The position numbers and the translations under genes were made by a program. From positions 17,424,001 through 17,488,000 of the forward strand of contig CM052818.1 of the NCBI GenBank assembly GCA_028534125.1: 64,000 bases of DNA. The letters are read 5' to 3'. The notes beneath the pieces are model-generated. The model had not been told where the DNA came from. It saw only the letters and a list, made by a program, of their open reading frames with translations, and searched no databases. The number at the start of each line of letters is the position of its first letter. Position 1 is the first letter of the stretch. Below are positions 1-13,120 of the stretch, one piece after another. Source of the DNA: Lama glama (Eukaryota).

Positions 1-1874
1 GCCCATTAGACTCTAAAATAAAATAACTGGGTAAGACTGGGGAGAACTCTCAACATACCTAATTACATAATAAAATACATATATCCAATACAAAATGGGC
101 AGAGTGCCATCTTCAAGGAAGCTCTGTGCGTCATGTGGTAATTTCAAATTAGTAAGAAAATTCTAGCAACCAGCCTCTCAGTAAGTATTAGTTCCATAGC
201 ATGTTACTTACGTGTGAGGGTTTGTGTGCATGCCTTCTGGTTGTCTCACTTAACTAGCAATAACGTTTGTCAGAAACACCGAAGAGAAATTGGGGTTGTT
301 TGGTGTTGCAAGATTTGCTCCCTGAGGATCAATTCTTTGGAGCTTTCCATGAGCTATTTTATAATCCTTTAATTGCTGTGTCTGGGAAAAAAAAAAACAC
401 ACACACACCTGATATACATTCTAAAGCTAAAATAAGATGACTGTCTAGATAATGTATTTTGAGATTCTCAGAAAGATATGAAATTGATGATGGTCCATTG
501 GAAATGATTTTTACCAAACATCCTGTACAGCTATATTGAGAACTGAAAAAATGTTGATATATTTTATTGAACTTCAAGGATTTCTGTTGTGCTTTGTGTG
601 GTGAGGGAATTATACTAACCTGGCATCTAAAATGTGAGAAACCTTGGTTCAAGTCGTATGGAATGTTCTAGTGCAATTATCAATTATCTGGACAAGACGA
701 AACAACTGTAGTTTGAGGTGTGCTGCATCTTTGTGATCATCTCCTTTAACAAGGTTTGAATGATTGTTTACACAGTCACAGTGGTCGTCTTCTCTTGGCT
801 TCTTGGTTGTTATGTACAGTCTGTCTTTGCCTTGACAGGTCACACTAAGTCAGTGAATCAGGGAAGTCCTTTAGGCTTACACAACTGGGAGTATTAATTT
901 CTTTCCATTGCAGGAGTGAAGTGTTTCCCCACTTCAGCTTTCACTCTGTTGTAACGGTGAACCTCAGGGAGCCATGGCTGGAGAGTGGGGAAAGCTGATT
1001 ATGCTTTCTGTTACTGTGACTCATAATTCACTATAGACCTGTCTGTAAGCAAATACTCTTTAATAGGTGGTCTCTTCACTATCTATCTTCTGGCCAGTAG
1101 GACTGAGAGATATATCTTTTAAGTAAGGTAATAGCATAAGAGATTTGCAAATTTTTTGTATAACCTCATTTTTCCATTTTCCATACCCTAAGGTTACAGG
1201 CATCTCAATCGTCATTTATTTTACACTTATTTTGTTGTTGAGAATAAGGAGTTCGTGTGTACCTAAACTCACAGGGCTTTTTCATCAAGTAGGCTTGATG
1301 ACAAATTATTTTTGGTTAAATGCCCATTTTCTGACTATCTAAGTTCTTATTTCCAAGTCCTGAGAAATAGTCTGGTGTACTCATCAGAATGTTATTCTCC
1401 CCCCAGATTGTTACATAGGAACGTGATATTTGAAATAGTGAAAACTATGTGGATAACATACAGATATAGTGTAGTCACAAAACAAATTTTCCTCTTCAGG
1501 GTAGTCTAGAGTTATTTAGATGGCTGGTGAGGTAGATGTAGCTATTTGTCTTCTGCTATGCCTGAATGAGAGATGGATCTAAGCCTGTTTGAATATAATG
1601 AAAGCAGGTCACCCTAATGTAAAATCCAAATGAATCTTTGAAACGTAACTATTCACTCAAGAGAAATAAAACCTGTAGCCACTGGAGTTTAGTGTATTTG
1701 GAACATCACAATGAAGCTGATACCTAGATTCATTGGCAAAGGAGAAGAAAAAAGTGGAAGGCTGTCGGTATGTCCTTTAAAACTATTTTAAAAACATGAA
1801 AGAAAATTGAATATTTTTGGAAAGGGTACCCTTGCCTACTTTGTTTTGCATATAGGCAACAGGAATCTCTAGGC

Positions 1875-2088
1875 TTTTTTTAAATTGAGTTATAGTCAGT
1901 TTACAATGTTGTGTTAGTTTCTGGTGTACAGCACAATTTTCCAGTCATACATAAGTATGCATATATTCATTTTCATATTCTTTTTCACTGTGAACTACTA
2001 CAAGATCTTCAATATATTTCCCTGTGCTATACAGTATAAACTTGTTTATCTCTTCTGTATATACCTGTTATTATCTACAAATCTTGAA
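1875..2088 (-). mobile_element. Young L1 (LINE-1) 3' UTR fragment, 5'-truncated, with TSD
   Basis: PolyT then ttgagttatagtcagtttacaatgttgtg..., closely similar to the L1 3' end at 2746-2960. Perfect 12-bp TSD ctctaggctttt at 1867-1878 and 2089-2100. Confidence 0.92.
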
Positions 2089-2611
2089 CTCTAGGCTTTT
2101 AAATTAATATCATCTGAAATGTCACCAGATACAAAATAGATGTTTTCAGATCCCTGATAAGTTTCAGGACCTGAAAAGGCAGTTCACTTAGAAGCTCACT
2201 TGTATTCTAACCTCAACCAAAAACTAAAGATGCCGTAAGTTTTAGAAAGTAAATGGGTTATACTACTTATAAGTTATGGCTTGCTGAAGGTTTAGATTCT
2301 GTCTCAGTCTCTTAAGATAAACAAACGCCTTTATGCCCAAAACTTTGGGAGTGGAGAAGGCATAATGTGGTTGAGCATGAAGCATGCTGAAGGAATCTCG
2401 GATCTGAGAGAAGAAAGAACCTAAGGAGAATATAATCTAGTCTCTAGAGTAATATGATGGGTATTATTCTGTTCTGAGAGAATCATCACATTTGATAGAG
2501 ATGAAGGGGTTCAAACCCGGAGCAGGTAGATCTCTCACAAAGGATGTTTAGAGCTCATAGGCATCCAGTCCCCTGCCCCTCACCACCACCACTGCAGGAA
2601 GAAACTCTTTC

Positions 2612-2700
2612 TTTCATTCGTGAATCATTTATTGAGGACCTTCAGGTGCGTGGAACCTTGTTAGTTTCTTGGGCTATAAATATGGTTAAGATATTGCATG
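2612..2700 (-). mobile_element. L2 3' end fragment
   Basis: ttcattcgtgaatcatttattgaggacc...ctgggctataaatatggttaaga resembles the reverse complement of the L2 3' terminus. Confidence 0.55.
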
Positions 2701-2743
2701 TGCTTTTTTCTTTATAGTTGATATTATTTATAGCATTTTAGAC

Positions 2744-3323
2744 TTTTTAAAAAATTTTTATTGAGTTATAGTCAGTTTACAATGCTGTGTTAATTTCTGC
2801 TGTACAGTACAATACATGAATATACATGTATTCATTTTCATATTCTTTTTCACCATGAGCTATTACAAGATCTTGAATGTTTTTCCCTGTGCTATATAGT
2901 ATAAACTTGTTTATCTATTCTATATATACCTGTAAGTATCTACAAATCTTGAACTCGTAGTCTGTCTCTTCTGACCCTCCTCCCCTCTGGCAACCACAAG
3001 TTTGTATTCTATGTCTGTGAGTCTGTTTCTATTTTATATTTAAGTTCATTTGTCTTCTTCTTCTTCTTCTTTTTTTTTAAGATTCCACATATGAGTAATA
3101 TCATATGGTATTTTTCTTTCTCTTTCTGGCTTACTTCACTTAGAATGACATTCTCCAGGAACATCCATGTTGCTGCAAATGGCATTATGTTGTTTTTTAT
3201 GGCTGAATAGTATTCCATTGTATAAACATACCACAACTTCTTTATCCAGTCATCTGTCAGTGGGCATTTAGGTTGTTTCCATGTCTTGGCCATTGTAAAT
3301 AATGCTGCTATGAACATTAGGGT
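2744..3323 (-). mobile_element. L1 3' end: ORF2 C-terminus relic plus 3' UTR and polyA, 5'-truncated
   Basis: ORF 3009-3317 MFIAALFTMAKTWKQPKCP...WIKKLWYVYTMEYYSAIK...PFAATWM..ENVILSEVSQ is the classic L1 ORF2p C-terminus. It is followed by the L1 3' UTR and an A-rich tail. Confidence 0.97.
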
Positions 3324-5810
3324 AAAGAAAGAATTTTAGAATAATGTAATAAAGAAATAATAGTAGCACAGACACTTACTGTGATAGCATAAAGGAAAGA
3401 ATCCTGAATTTTACTTTGACACCTCAGGCAGAGGTACTATCAGGCATGTGTGAGTAAGGAATTTGCCAAACACACAAAAGTAAACAAAGGAAACCATCAG
3501 AAATAACATAAGCTAAGGTTAAATGCAGTATGGGGTGTCTTATTAACTGTGTGCCCTAGAATACAGCCCAGAGTAGGCATCACATAATGTTTTCTGAATG
3601 AATCATTAACTGGGAGGCATCTTGTCTGGTTTTTCAATAACAGTAACTTAGACTGAAAGGAAAGGAGCGAAAAGATTTTAACAAGTAAAGTATGCAAGGG
3701 ATGCTATACTACAAAGAGACTTATGGTAATATCCTAAAGCTTTGCTGTAAGTGGCTTTCCGGAGAGACTCTGGGTTGTAAACATGACCTTCAACCAGACA
3801 TTCTGGTGACAACAGCGCGGCACAGACCCCCACAGCAGGCAGTATTCTGTGCTATCCAAGAACATGTTCTTTGGGTCTCCGTTATTATTAGTTCTGTCCT
3901 TCTCTTCAGGCATTTCTGAAAGATGATCCAAATTGAGAGTTGAGCCCCTATTTATAAAAGGTTTTTGTATAATTACACGCCTAGGTAAAGAGTTTTAAAG
4001 CAGGGAGTTATAGATCCAGTCAGATAAATGAAGGTCTTGTGATTTTAGGGATTTTTTTTTTCTGGACTTTGTTTTTCTAATCACTCGGCTGCTCAGCTAA
4101 CTCAGTGGGCACTGATTCAGGCATAAAAATGGTGTGGGATCATGCTTAATATTTTCCCCTAGTTCTGATATGCACATTGAGCATCCTATTCAAAGGTGAT
4201 TTTTAAAGATGTGATTGAGAACAAATTTACTACTTTTTAAACAATCTTTGCTATTCTTACCATTATCAAAAATTGTTCTGAAAAGTTTATTTACCGTGGT
4301 GCCCATAATCAAGAATTGGCAGAAAAATTATGGAGAATATCAACAGTATTATGAAGCCCTGTTTATTATGCGATATCTGTTTTGCTACAATATGACTTTT
4401 GATCCCTTTCTAATTACCATATTAATCTTCACTAGTATCTGACCCAGGTGTTATACCAGGATTGCCAGGAACATGACAAGGTCGTTGCTTTTGACCCTCA
4501 AGACATTACTGAGAAGCTCTTTTTAGCTACATCTTTTGGAGGCTGCCAACACATAAAATAGATTCTGCCATAGATATTATTTTTACTTCCTAAAAATAAT
4601 TACTGATAGTTCACAATCCGCTCTGTGTAATTTAGATCTTGCACTTTATTATGGACTTAAATTTTCGGCTTTGAGAACAGCAGGTGCGTGTTTGGCAACC
4701 CCCAAATCTGAAAGCCACTTTCTGAAATTATGTTAACACAGTGCCATTGATCATTAAAACCTGAGTTGAACTTTCCACTTTACAATAAATGCAGAAAATT
4801 AGTGTGGCAGTTCTGTTCCCGGAGGCTGTGGCTTCCTGAGCTCAGTAAAGCACTCTGATTTTTTTTTTTTTAATTTTTAATGGCTTGAAAACAGAAAGCT
4901 AAAAACAAGAAAATGTCTTTTGGCATGTCTTAGTCTCTGTGCATTTTTTTTTAAATGTGGATCTTTATCTTCATTTGGTTTCATGAAAGTAAAAAGTGAC
5001 TCAAAGAAATTAGTTCTGTTTTCAAATTGTAGTTTGTAAATAGTTAAGATCTATGGCTTAACACCTGTGAATACAACCTCCTCATGTAGCTTTAAAATCC
5101 ACATTTTTAAACTGGACCAGTCTTCCCACACTATGTTGCTATTTCAGAGTAGAGAGTCCAGTTTGAATAAATACATTATACTATAATGTTTGTAAGTATC
5201 AAAACAGTAAAAATCTAGACACAATTTATGAATTCATTTTGCTGTAAAATACTTAATTTTCTTTCTGACATCATCTTCTCTCTGCTTCTACTCCCTCCAT
5301 TTTTGGGGGACTTAGAAGCATATTTAATTTCTTTAAATACTTAACCAAATGAATCTGAAATTTAGCCACACTAGTTTGTGAAGTTAACTTCTATTTTTGA
5401 TTATTGATAGGTGTTTTATTCTCTGAAAAGTTACCTAATATGATTAAATGATTCAAATTATAAATTTGGACAGATTTCCTGTCTCATGTACCTGATATTG
5501 TAACTTCTTTAAACCGTCTTATTTCTATAACTCTTGTTCCCAAAAAAGAGTTGTTTGTTGCACTTGCTTTTAGCACCTAAACCATATTAACTGGGGAACC
5601 AGAGGAGCTATGCTAATTATGTGCTTGCTAATTTTTTCTTTGGAGAACTTGCTTTACATAAGCCTTATGGTTGGCCAAGCTATAGCATGCATACTGTTGA
5701 ACTGAAGAACAGGCAAAAATAATTGCCTGGTAAATTAAATTATTAATAATAATAATACCTTACTTCAGGTTGTCTTGATTCTCTACTACTATTATTATTA
5801 ATATGATGAT

Positions 5811-6021
5811 CTCATATTTTATAAACTGTTTTACAGTTCAAAGCATTTTACACATGATCTTTAAAACAACTCCAAAAGATGCAGAAGGCGGTATTTACTG
5901 GATATATTTCATGAATAGAACAGTAAGCCTAGAGAGTATAAATGACATGATTAGTAAGAGGATGAACAATGATCAAAATTCAGGTCTTCAATTTCAATTC
6001 AAATACTTTCCTACTACACTT
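5811..6021 (-). mobile_element. MIR SINE
   Basis: ttttacagttcaaagcattttacacatgatct...aacagtaagcctagagag...caaatactttcctactacact follows the MIR core in reverse. Confidence 0.7.
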
Positions 6022-6574
6022 TAATTTATAAATGTTTCTCCCCAATACTCTTTGGCTGAGATCCCCTTAGGTGCAGGGACACTTCATAGGGGTCATTTCA
6101 ATATGAATGGAATTCATTTGTTGATCTTGAGAAAGCACATTGACCCATAACATATGATCTTTATTTATGACTAGTCCCTATTTTAAAATGTATCTCCAGG
6201 GTGTAATAGAGGCATAAAATTCTTTGCTTTCAGAAATCCTTATAATAACCTTTTTTTTTCTTTTTTTTTTTTTATTACTAGACTAGAAAGAGGCCGACAT
6301 CTTCAATCAGATAGGGAAACCGGAGCAGGATTGGGTTGGAGGTGGAATGTAAAGGGACAATAATGCCATTGTAGGAAAAAATAAAAGAAATACTCATCAG
6401 AAAAAATAATTCCAACTCTTGGCAGAATATAGAAAGGTAATTACATAAATGAAGTATTATCTGAAATGAATTTTGTGAGGGTTACAGCCACCTATCTCAT
6501 TTCTGTGATATGTAGATTTCAGGTAATGCTCTGGCTGCAAATCAATGACCTGCCTGTATTAAAGTGAGCTGAGT

Positions 6575-6720
6575 CTTAGTTATGCTGCATATTTCATTTC
6601 ACTCTGCATTGGTTTATAAAATCAGGTTAATAATACTTCCCTACCGACCCCACAGAATTATTCTGAGGATCAAATGAAACAGAGGATGTGAATGTACTTT
6701 GGAACATTAAAGCATTACAG
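6575..6720 (+). mobile_element. MIR SINE
   Basis: tataaaatcaggttaataatacttccctacc...cacagaattattctgaggatcaaatgaaa...gtgaatgtactttg matches the MIR core and 3' region. Confidence 0.75.
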
Positions 6721-8029
6721 TGCAACATAAAGCTATATGGTTTTCAAAACCCGTGCAAGGAAGCAGTTTCATTATCTTACAGTTAGACTTTGTGAAAATA
6801 AAAAGTAGGCTATGTCATGACTTTTGCATGAAATCTAGAGAGAGATGCCTAAGAAACTCTTAATAATCAGAAGAATTAAGGGTCTATAGTTAAAAGCTGG
6901 AATTGCCTAGAATAAAGATTGAATTCAAATTATCTTCAGTATACTATTTTATAGGTAGATAATGGATTTTTTCTAAACCTGCTGAAATTCCTGCTAATAT
7001 TTTTGCTGTTGTTTGTATTCGTCATGTTAATGATGATAACAGTCTTTACCCAGGCAAAAATGGTCCAAATTATTTGATAATCTACCCATTAAATACTGAA
7101 AGTATGGAAAATAAAGTTGCAGACTGGGTTGGAAAGAGCTGAAAAGATTCAGTCTTAGAGATCTGCTGTTCTGTTTCTTATGCAAGCCGCTTGAAAAAGT
7201 TAGACATGTATGCTCAAGATTGTCCCATTTAGGGACAAAAATACTATGCTTGAGAATAGTCGTACTCATAGTGAGAGATGCTCTAGTTCTTCTTAAAGGG
7301 CCTTGTCCTTTCCCTGGCCTGATGGAAATTATCTAATATCCTTAAAATACAGAGCATATTGTTATTCAGTTTTGTAAATGAGGTGAGTATTGGTGTTGTG
7401 ACTCATGTGTGAGAATCTCAAGCTGGGATGAAGCGTCAAATCCAAAACATCAGATTCACAGCTATAAAAATGAAGGCCTGCCTTTGAGTTTAATACAAAA
7501 TAAACAGCAAACAAATAAGCTTTTACACCTTAGTAATCGGCATAAAGTTAATATAGGTCAGTAGTGTTGTGAGGTTACCAAGTAAAACTGATCAATTTTA
7601 GGAGGCAGTATCTTTATTATAACTTTAATTGGTGTTTCTCAAACTGGAGTCAGCAGGGATATCCTTGGAGTTTGGAATTTCTCACGACTGAGGACTCCTT
7701 TCCTATGATAAAGATTTGGAAGTGGCCCCCATCTGACTCTTGCACAGATACTGATTCACATTTGGCTTTTATTTGCCCCTGGAGATACATATCATGCCAG
7801 CATGCTGAAAAGTTAAAGGGACAGGGTGGTGTTGGCAAAGCCATTTCATTCTGCCTCCCTACTTCTTCTTTTCCAGATTATCTGTGTAGCTTATTTTTGT
7901 CTCCTAAGAATACTCTTGTTCCTTTGCTTCCTCCACTTCAATAAAGGAATTACAGGCACCCAACACCACCCTCCACTTCTTCGTCCAGTTTTGATACTAA
8001 AGACATACATAAATACATGACAAAATTTG

Positions 8030-8150
8030 CCATTTATTCAAGTAACAGTTATTTTCTGAGAACCTTTAAGTTTCGACACCTTCATGGGGACTGGGTATAA
8101 AACAGAGCGCACAGCAGACAAAAATCCGTGCCTTCAAAGAACTCTGGTAG
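8030..8150 (-). mobile_element. L2 3' end fragment
   Basis: catttattca...ttctgagaacct...ctgggtataaaacagag...agacaaaaatccgtgccttcaaagaact is a typical L2 terminus in reverse. Confidence 0.65.
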
Positions 8151-11100
8151 GGTCACACACAGCCTTCAAAATAAACTGTTTAGCTAAAGGGGAATAGTAA
8201 TGCAATGAGTGAAATAATCTTCAGGATAAAAGTGCTGATATGATCTTTTCTAGGCAAACTCATTTATTTCTTTGCAAATTCGAGGTGTATTTTGATCACT
8301 AGTTGGAAGTTCTTGTTGATTTTCTGCTTTCCTTCTGAGACTTTCTGTGCCATTTATAATGAAGTTAGTAGTATGTGTTAAACCTTTAAGAAGTGTAGAT
8401 TACTCACAAACTTTCCTTATTAATTACATTTTTTGGTTCAGGGAAAATGTGCTCAGTGTTCAGTGAATCCCAAGCTTGTAAATTAGATCCTAAGGGGACA
8501 GTTTAAGGGACAGGAATATAGAGTGGATTCAGTTTGCCAATAAGCAAAAATTTTAGTGTAGTTCTTAAGGCCTTCACATTGATTTTCTTCCCTGAATGAG
8601 CAAAAAGGAAATGCAAGATTTACAACCTATACAATTACAGTGTATTTCTGAAATTGTCAAACATCATGTTTCTTAATTGAATAAAATACAAAATTATGTG
8701 TCCTTTTCTCTTTCCTTCTTCTTGATTGAGTAAAATTACTACATATCAAAATAAGTCTGGTTGACTGACTAAGAGATATTTGGTATTTAGAACTCAGAGT
8801 GAAAAATGCTAGGTATATAATTGGTACTTCAGAAATTTGCCAATAGAAAAAAATAATGTACTGATGTTTAATTTATTTCTAAACTTTACTATTATGTTGT
8901 CATTTTATTGTGTATACATAACAGTAGACTTAAGTAGAGCTTACAAATATAAAAGACTTTTGAGATTCCAATATATATGAAAATAGATACTCATGATTAT
9001 ACACTTGCCACATTTCTTTTGCTACTACGCTAGAAATCATAAGCATATTAGATTTTTATTATCTTCTAATGTGGTGTATATAATTTAGATTACTAGACTT
9101 TTGATAAAGAGGTTTCATCTTTTCAGTGTTATATTTTCACTTTAACTACAAATAGCTGATCAGCAAATATTATTTTGCATTCTGATTTCCACATACACTA
9201 TCAAATTTAGGACACAAATACTCTGAACAAGAAATCAAAGTCCTGTATAATATATAACATACAAATATGCGTGTATGTGTCTGTGTGTTCACTGAACCGA
9301 TCTACTCATCTGGGGAGAGGTTTTTAAGTGGTTCTTACGGTTAATTGAAATGCTAACCTTTCTTACATAAGGTCTAAGAAGGACCTTCCTCAGCCAGTTT
9401 TCTTCCAAAATAAAGTGTAGCCTGAATCTAGTGGCCGCTTTTTAATTATTTTCAAATCAGTTTAGTATGTCCAAGTTGTATCACAAGCCATTTAGAGAAA
9501 TGGGTAATGATAATTATTTAAAAGTTTTCCTCTTAATAGCACTTAATCTGTTTATCAGTGCATTAATTTTATTGCGTAGGAATTTCTGATAATAACTACC
9601 CATCACTTAGGTTTGATTAAACCACTTGCACAGTGTGTTTTTGTGGAGCGCCTTACTGTTTTAGGAGGTATATCCACAAGTGTCCCATATTTGAAAGTAG
9701 TTACTAAAAGTTTTATTTTTTTAAAGTTAAATATCTTTATTTGAAAGGCATCTTAAAATAAGCATATAATAATACACACATGGAAAAAGAATTGTGGTTT
9801 TGATGGTACTTTATATAATACAGCTGGTAAATAATATATTTCTTGCTACTACTTTAAATAAATACATATTCAGCAAAGAATTTTATTCATAGTCAAAACA
9901 CCTGTGAAATACATGTTCCTTTCTACTTGGCTGCAAAGGAATGTTATTTTTAATTGTCTCAAAAGTATCATTATAATGAACATATGCAGTCTACATACAA
10001 ATTGGTACATGGGTCAATAAGTTTATTACTTTTACAAGGTCCACTCAGTGATCACTATCAGTGATTATTCGAAATTATGGTGCATTATATGCTAATTGCA
10101 AAATTATTCCTGTTTTTCCAGTGGTAGCTAAGACTCATAGAAAGCACTTCTAATTAATACCTGTGAATGTAGATGCAGTTAAATATTAATCAGATTTAAC
10201 TTTTAGAATAATGTACTACCAATCCTCCCATCTCCAAAAATGCTAGTAAATTGAAATTGAAATTGGATTGTTCTAGTTTTGAAGTTGAAGTTCCTGACTC
10301 TTGAGTTTTTCTGAATAAACCAAATACAGAGTGATGGCGATACATGTTACTTATATAATAGATTCTCAATATTCAAGTCCTAATTAAAACATTTTAAAAA
10401 TTGGATGAAATGAGAAAACAACACAAGACTATTTCTTTAGGCAGAAGTTCACGCCTGAACATGTTGTCAAGTCTTATTGCTCAGGATGGATTGGACCAAT
10501 TTTGATTTGATTTTCTTCAAATTCTTATTATTTGCTTGCAAGTGATAATACTTACCCAAGCAAGTATAATTTTCTGTTTGGTTAGAAGAAGGATATTAGA
10601 GAGTTGAAAGATAAAGAACATTAATGACATCATTAATTCCGCATCATAATTATTAGTAAATAGAGCATTAATAAAGCTATAATGCAGTACTATAATTATA
10701 TATTAATACATCATTAATAAATACACACATTGGTTGCACAGTTAATTGTTGCAGAGGCTTTAAGCACAGCTAACATTTAAATCTATGGTATTTCTCATCC
10801 CACTCATTTTGTATTGGAACAACCATAAACAATTTGAAAACACTAAATCACATCTATTGTTTCGTTAGTAGAATAAATCAAATCCCTGTTAAACATTGTC
10901 CGTGTTTTTATTGAGTAATATATGTACTTAAGTGGTTAAGGATGTAGGCATTGGGTTCTGACAGAGCTGAATAGAAATCCCAAAAGACGATGACTCTGCT
11001 TCCTTTATTTAAGTACCTCAGTCTTGGTCCTGGCAGATGGATGCTGGCTGAAGGCAGGCCCAACCCTGGTTTCTTGTATGTCCCCTATCTCCTGATGGCC

Positions 11101-11270
11101 ACTGTCTGCCTGGAGCAGCTGCTTCACTGGGACCTTGGCTCCTCTCTGCTCTCAGAATTGGGCTGGCAGAGAGCACTGAGGCTTTCTCAGAAAATCTCTT
11201 TAGAGGCCCTGCTCTGAGGACCAGAGATGAAAGGAGTGCCTCTCTGAAAGGAGTGCCTAACTCTACTAGG

Positions 11271-11296
11271 TGTTGTTCTTGTTGTTGTTGTTGTTT
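11271..11296. repeat. Imperfect (GTT)n microsatellite
   Basis: tgttgttcttgttgttgttgttgttt. Confidence 0.85.
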
Positions 11297-11586
11297 TGCT
11301 GAAATCATAGCTTTGTCAGAGAGCTGGAGCAATCCGGTGCTGAAGGCTATAAGGGTACTTAGATCATTTCCTGTTTCCACACTTCACAGTCTCATAATCT
11401 TGTTTCTGCTTGGATGGTGGGCATGGATTCTTGTACTTTTTTGACTTAAGCTTGGACCGGAAAAATTTAGGATGAAGAAATAAGTGGTGTGCAGAAAACT
11501 AAAATGTCACGTTTGCTACAACTTTGAAATGGAAATTATATATATTTAGTCTTTGTATTAAATGGGTTGATGTGAGAAACCAAATC

Positions 11587-11706
11587 TTTTTTTCGTTTAC
11601 GATGTTGTGTTAATTTCTGATGTACAGCACAGTGATTCAGTTATATGTATATATATTCCTTTTCATATTCTTTTTTATTATAGACTATTACAAGGTACTG
11701 AATATA
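11587..11706 (-). mobile_element. Short L1 3' UTR fragment
   Basis: PolyT then gtttacgatgttgtgttaatttctgatgtacagcacagtgattcagttatat...tattacaaggtactgaatata, homologous to the L1 ends at 1875 and 2744. Confidence 0.88.
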
Positions 11707-12934
11707 ATCACTTTTTATAGCATTAAAGTAGACAAAAAGACCCAAATGTTTTAACATCAAATGTGTTAACACAGGAATGTTAGCACATTTTGAGAGCTAT
11801 CTTGGCGTGATTTTTACAAAAATATGAGTTAAAGCCAGAAAAATTTGTGTTGTCATCCAATGCAGTTAAATGTATGATGAGCTTTTCCTTGTTCTCCTTC
11901 AGTGACTCTCGGGCCACAGCTGAGGACAGTAGGTATTCAGGGCCTCACATCCAAAGTTAGAGGGCTTCTGGGCAGTGAGGAGACCACAACCCCTCTGGGC
12001 TTTTGAGAGACGCCAGCCCTTTCATCACTACCTCCCCTCTAAATCAAAATGAGAGAAAACTGGGACAGATGACATTTTAGTGAATGTAATGTGCTTGAAG
12101 AAAAGCTGTTTTTTCCTTCTCCAAGCCAGAACAGGATACCCTATGAGAAGGATTCAAAAAGATGGGCGAGGACTATCAGATGAGGAGACTAGAGTTGTGG
12201 TCCCTGCGTGGCTTTCTTCTTCATCAGTCAGCGGGCTGATGCATGGATGGCAATGGTGGAGCAACCCACACACTCACTGTTCAGTGTAGTGAGGATATGC
12301 TAGCTCCCGTTCACTCACGGGGTACCCCAGAAGTCTCTGGGAACGAGCTGGTGGTGCCGGCACACAAGAGTTCTGCGCCTTGCATGAGGGTGCCCCGTTA
12401 CCATGAGTTACTGTCTGAGCAGATGTGAAAGTGGTTGAATGGGAAGTCAGTGCCGTACAGGTCAGAAGGACGCCAGCATTTGGGCACCAGCCATCACAAG
12501 CTAGAAAATCAGCTCCCACTGACTGAAGGAGCACGACAGCTGACCAGGTCTAGGAAGGAAAGCTTTGCTTTTTTCTTTGCTTTTTTTCTCCCCAACTTCC
12601 TCAGCCAATGTCTAAGAAGAAGCTGGCCCTAGTGAAAGGGAGAGAAGGAGGTCCGTAGGTGAGATCCCAACCGAGACCTGTATCCACACCCTCCCTACCC
12701 TCGTGGCTACAACCAAGGCCCTGACTTGTACTGGGTGAGTGGCCGAGAGGAACTCTGGAGTGGCTGAAAAGCTATGAGCTTGAGCCAAGACACTATTAAG
12801 AGGGGTTTACTGAATGAGAAGGCTGATTCAGTGCAGTATAGATTGCAACAGTTATTGGAAGAAATTAAACTGTTAATATTTGTTTCTTGAGTTTAGATCT
12901 TAAATAATCAGGATGCTTTTGTGGCGATAACTGG

Positions 12935-13120
12935 TATGCTTGAAAGAACATAGATAGTCTTTGAAGTAATACTTGATCCAACTTCAAGTTATGTCATATA
13001 CTCGGTATGGTGCCTTAAGCAAGTTATCTTGCTTAGTATCTGCAACCCTCTGGTTCCTTATTGGTAAAATTACAACAATAATGCCAAACTCCTTTACAAA
13101 TATTAAGGGAAAGAATATAA
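12935..13120 (+). mobile_element. MIR SINE (degraded)
   Basis: gaaagaacatagatagtctttgaagt...gccttaagcaagttatctt...ggttccttattggtaaaattacaacaataatgcc. Confidence 0.6.

Noticed and set aside
3009..3317. 102-aa ORF with real protein homology
   Set aside because: It is the C-terminus of L1 ORF2p in a 5'-truncated copy. The lysine run is read-through into the A-rich 3' UTR, so this is not a host gene.
7353..7388. Strong donor GAG|GTGAGT with a possible 30-nt exon
   Set aside because: The upstream acceptor lacks a pyrimidine tract and the peptide SILLFSFVNE is unrecognised.
11018..11380. 120-aa ORF with polyQ-like tract (and poly-Cys on the opposite strand)
   Set aside because: Both tracts are translations of the (GTT)n microsatellite, and there is no other coding signal.
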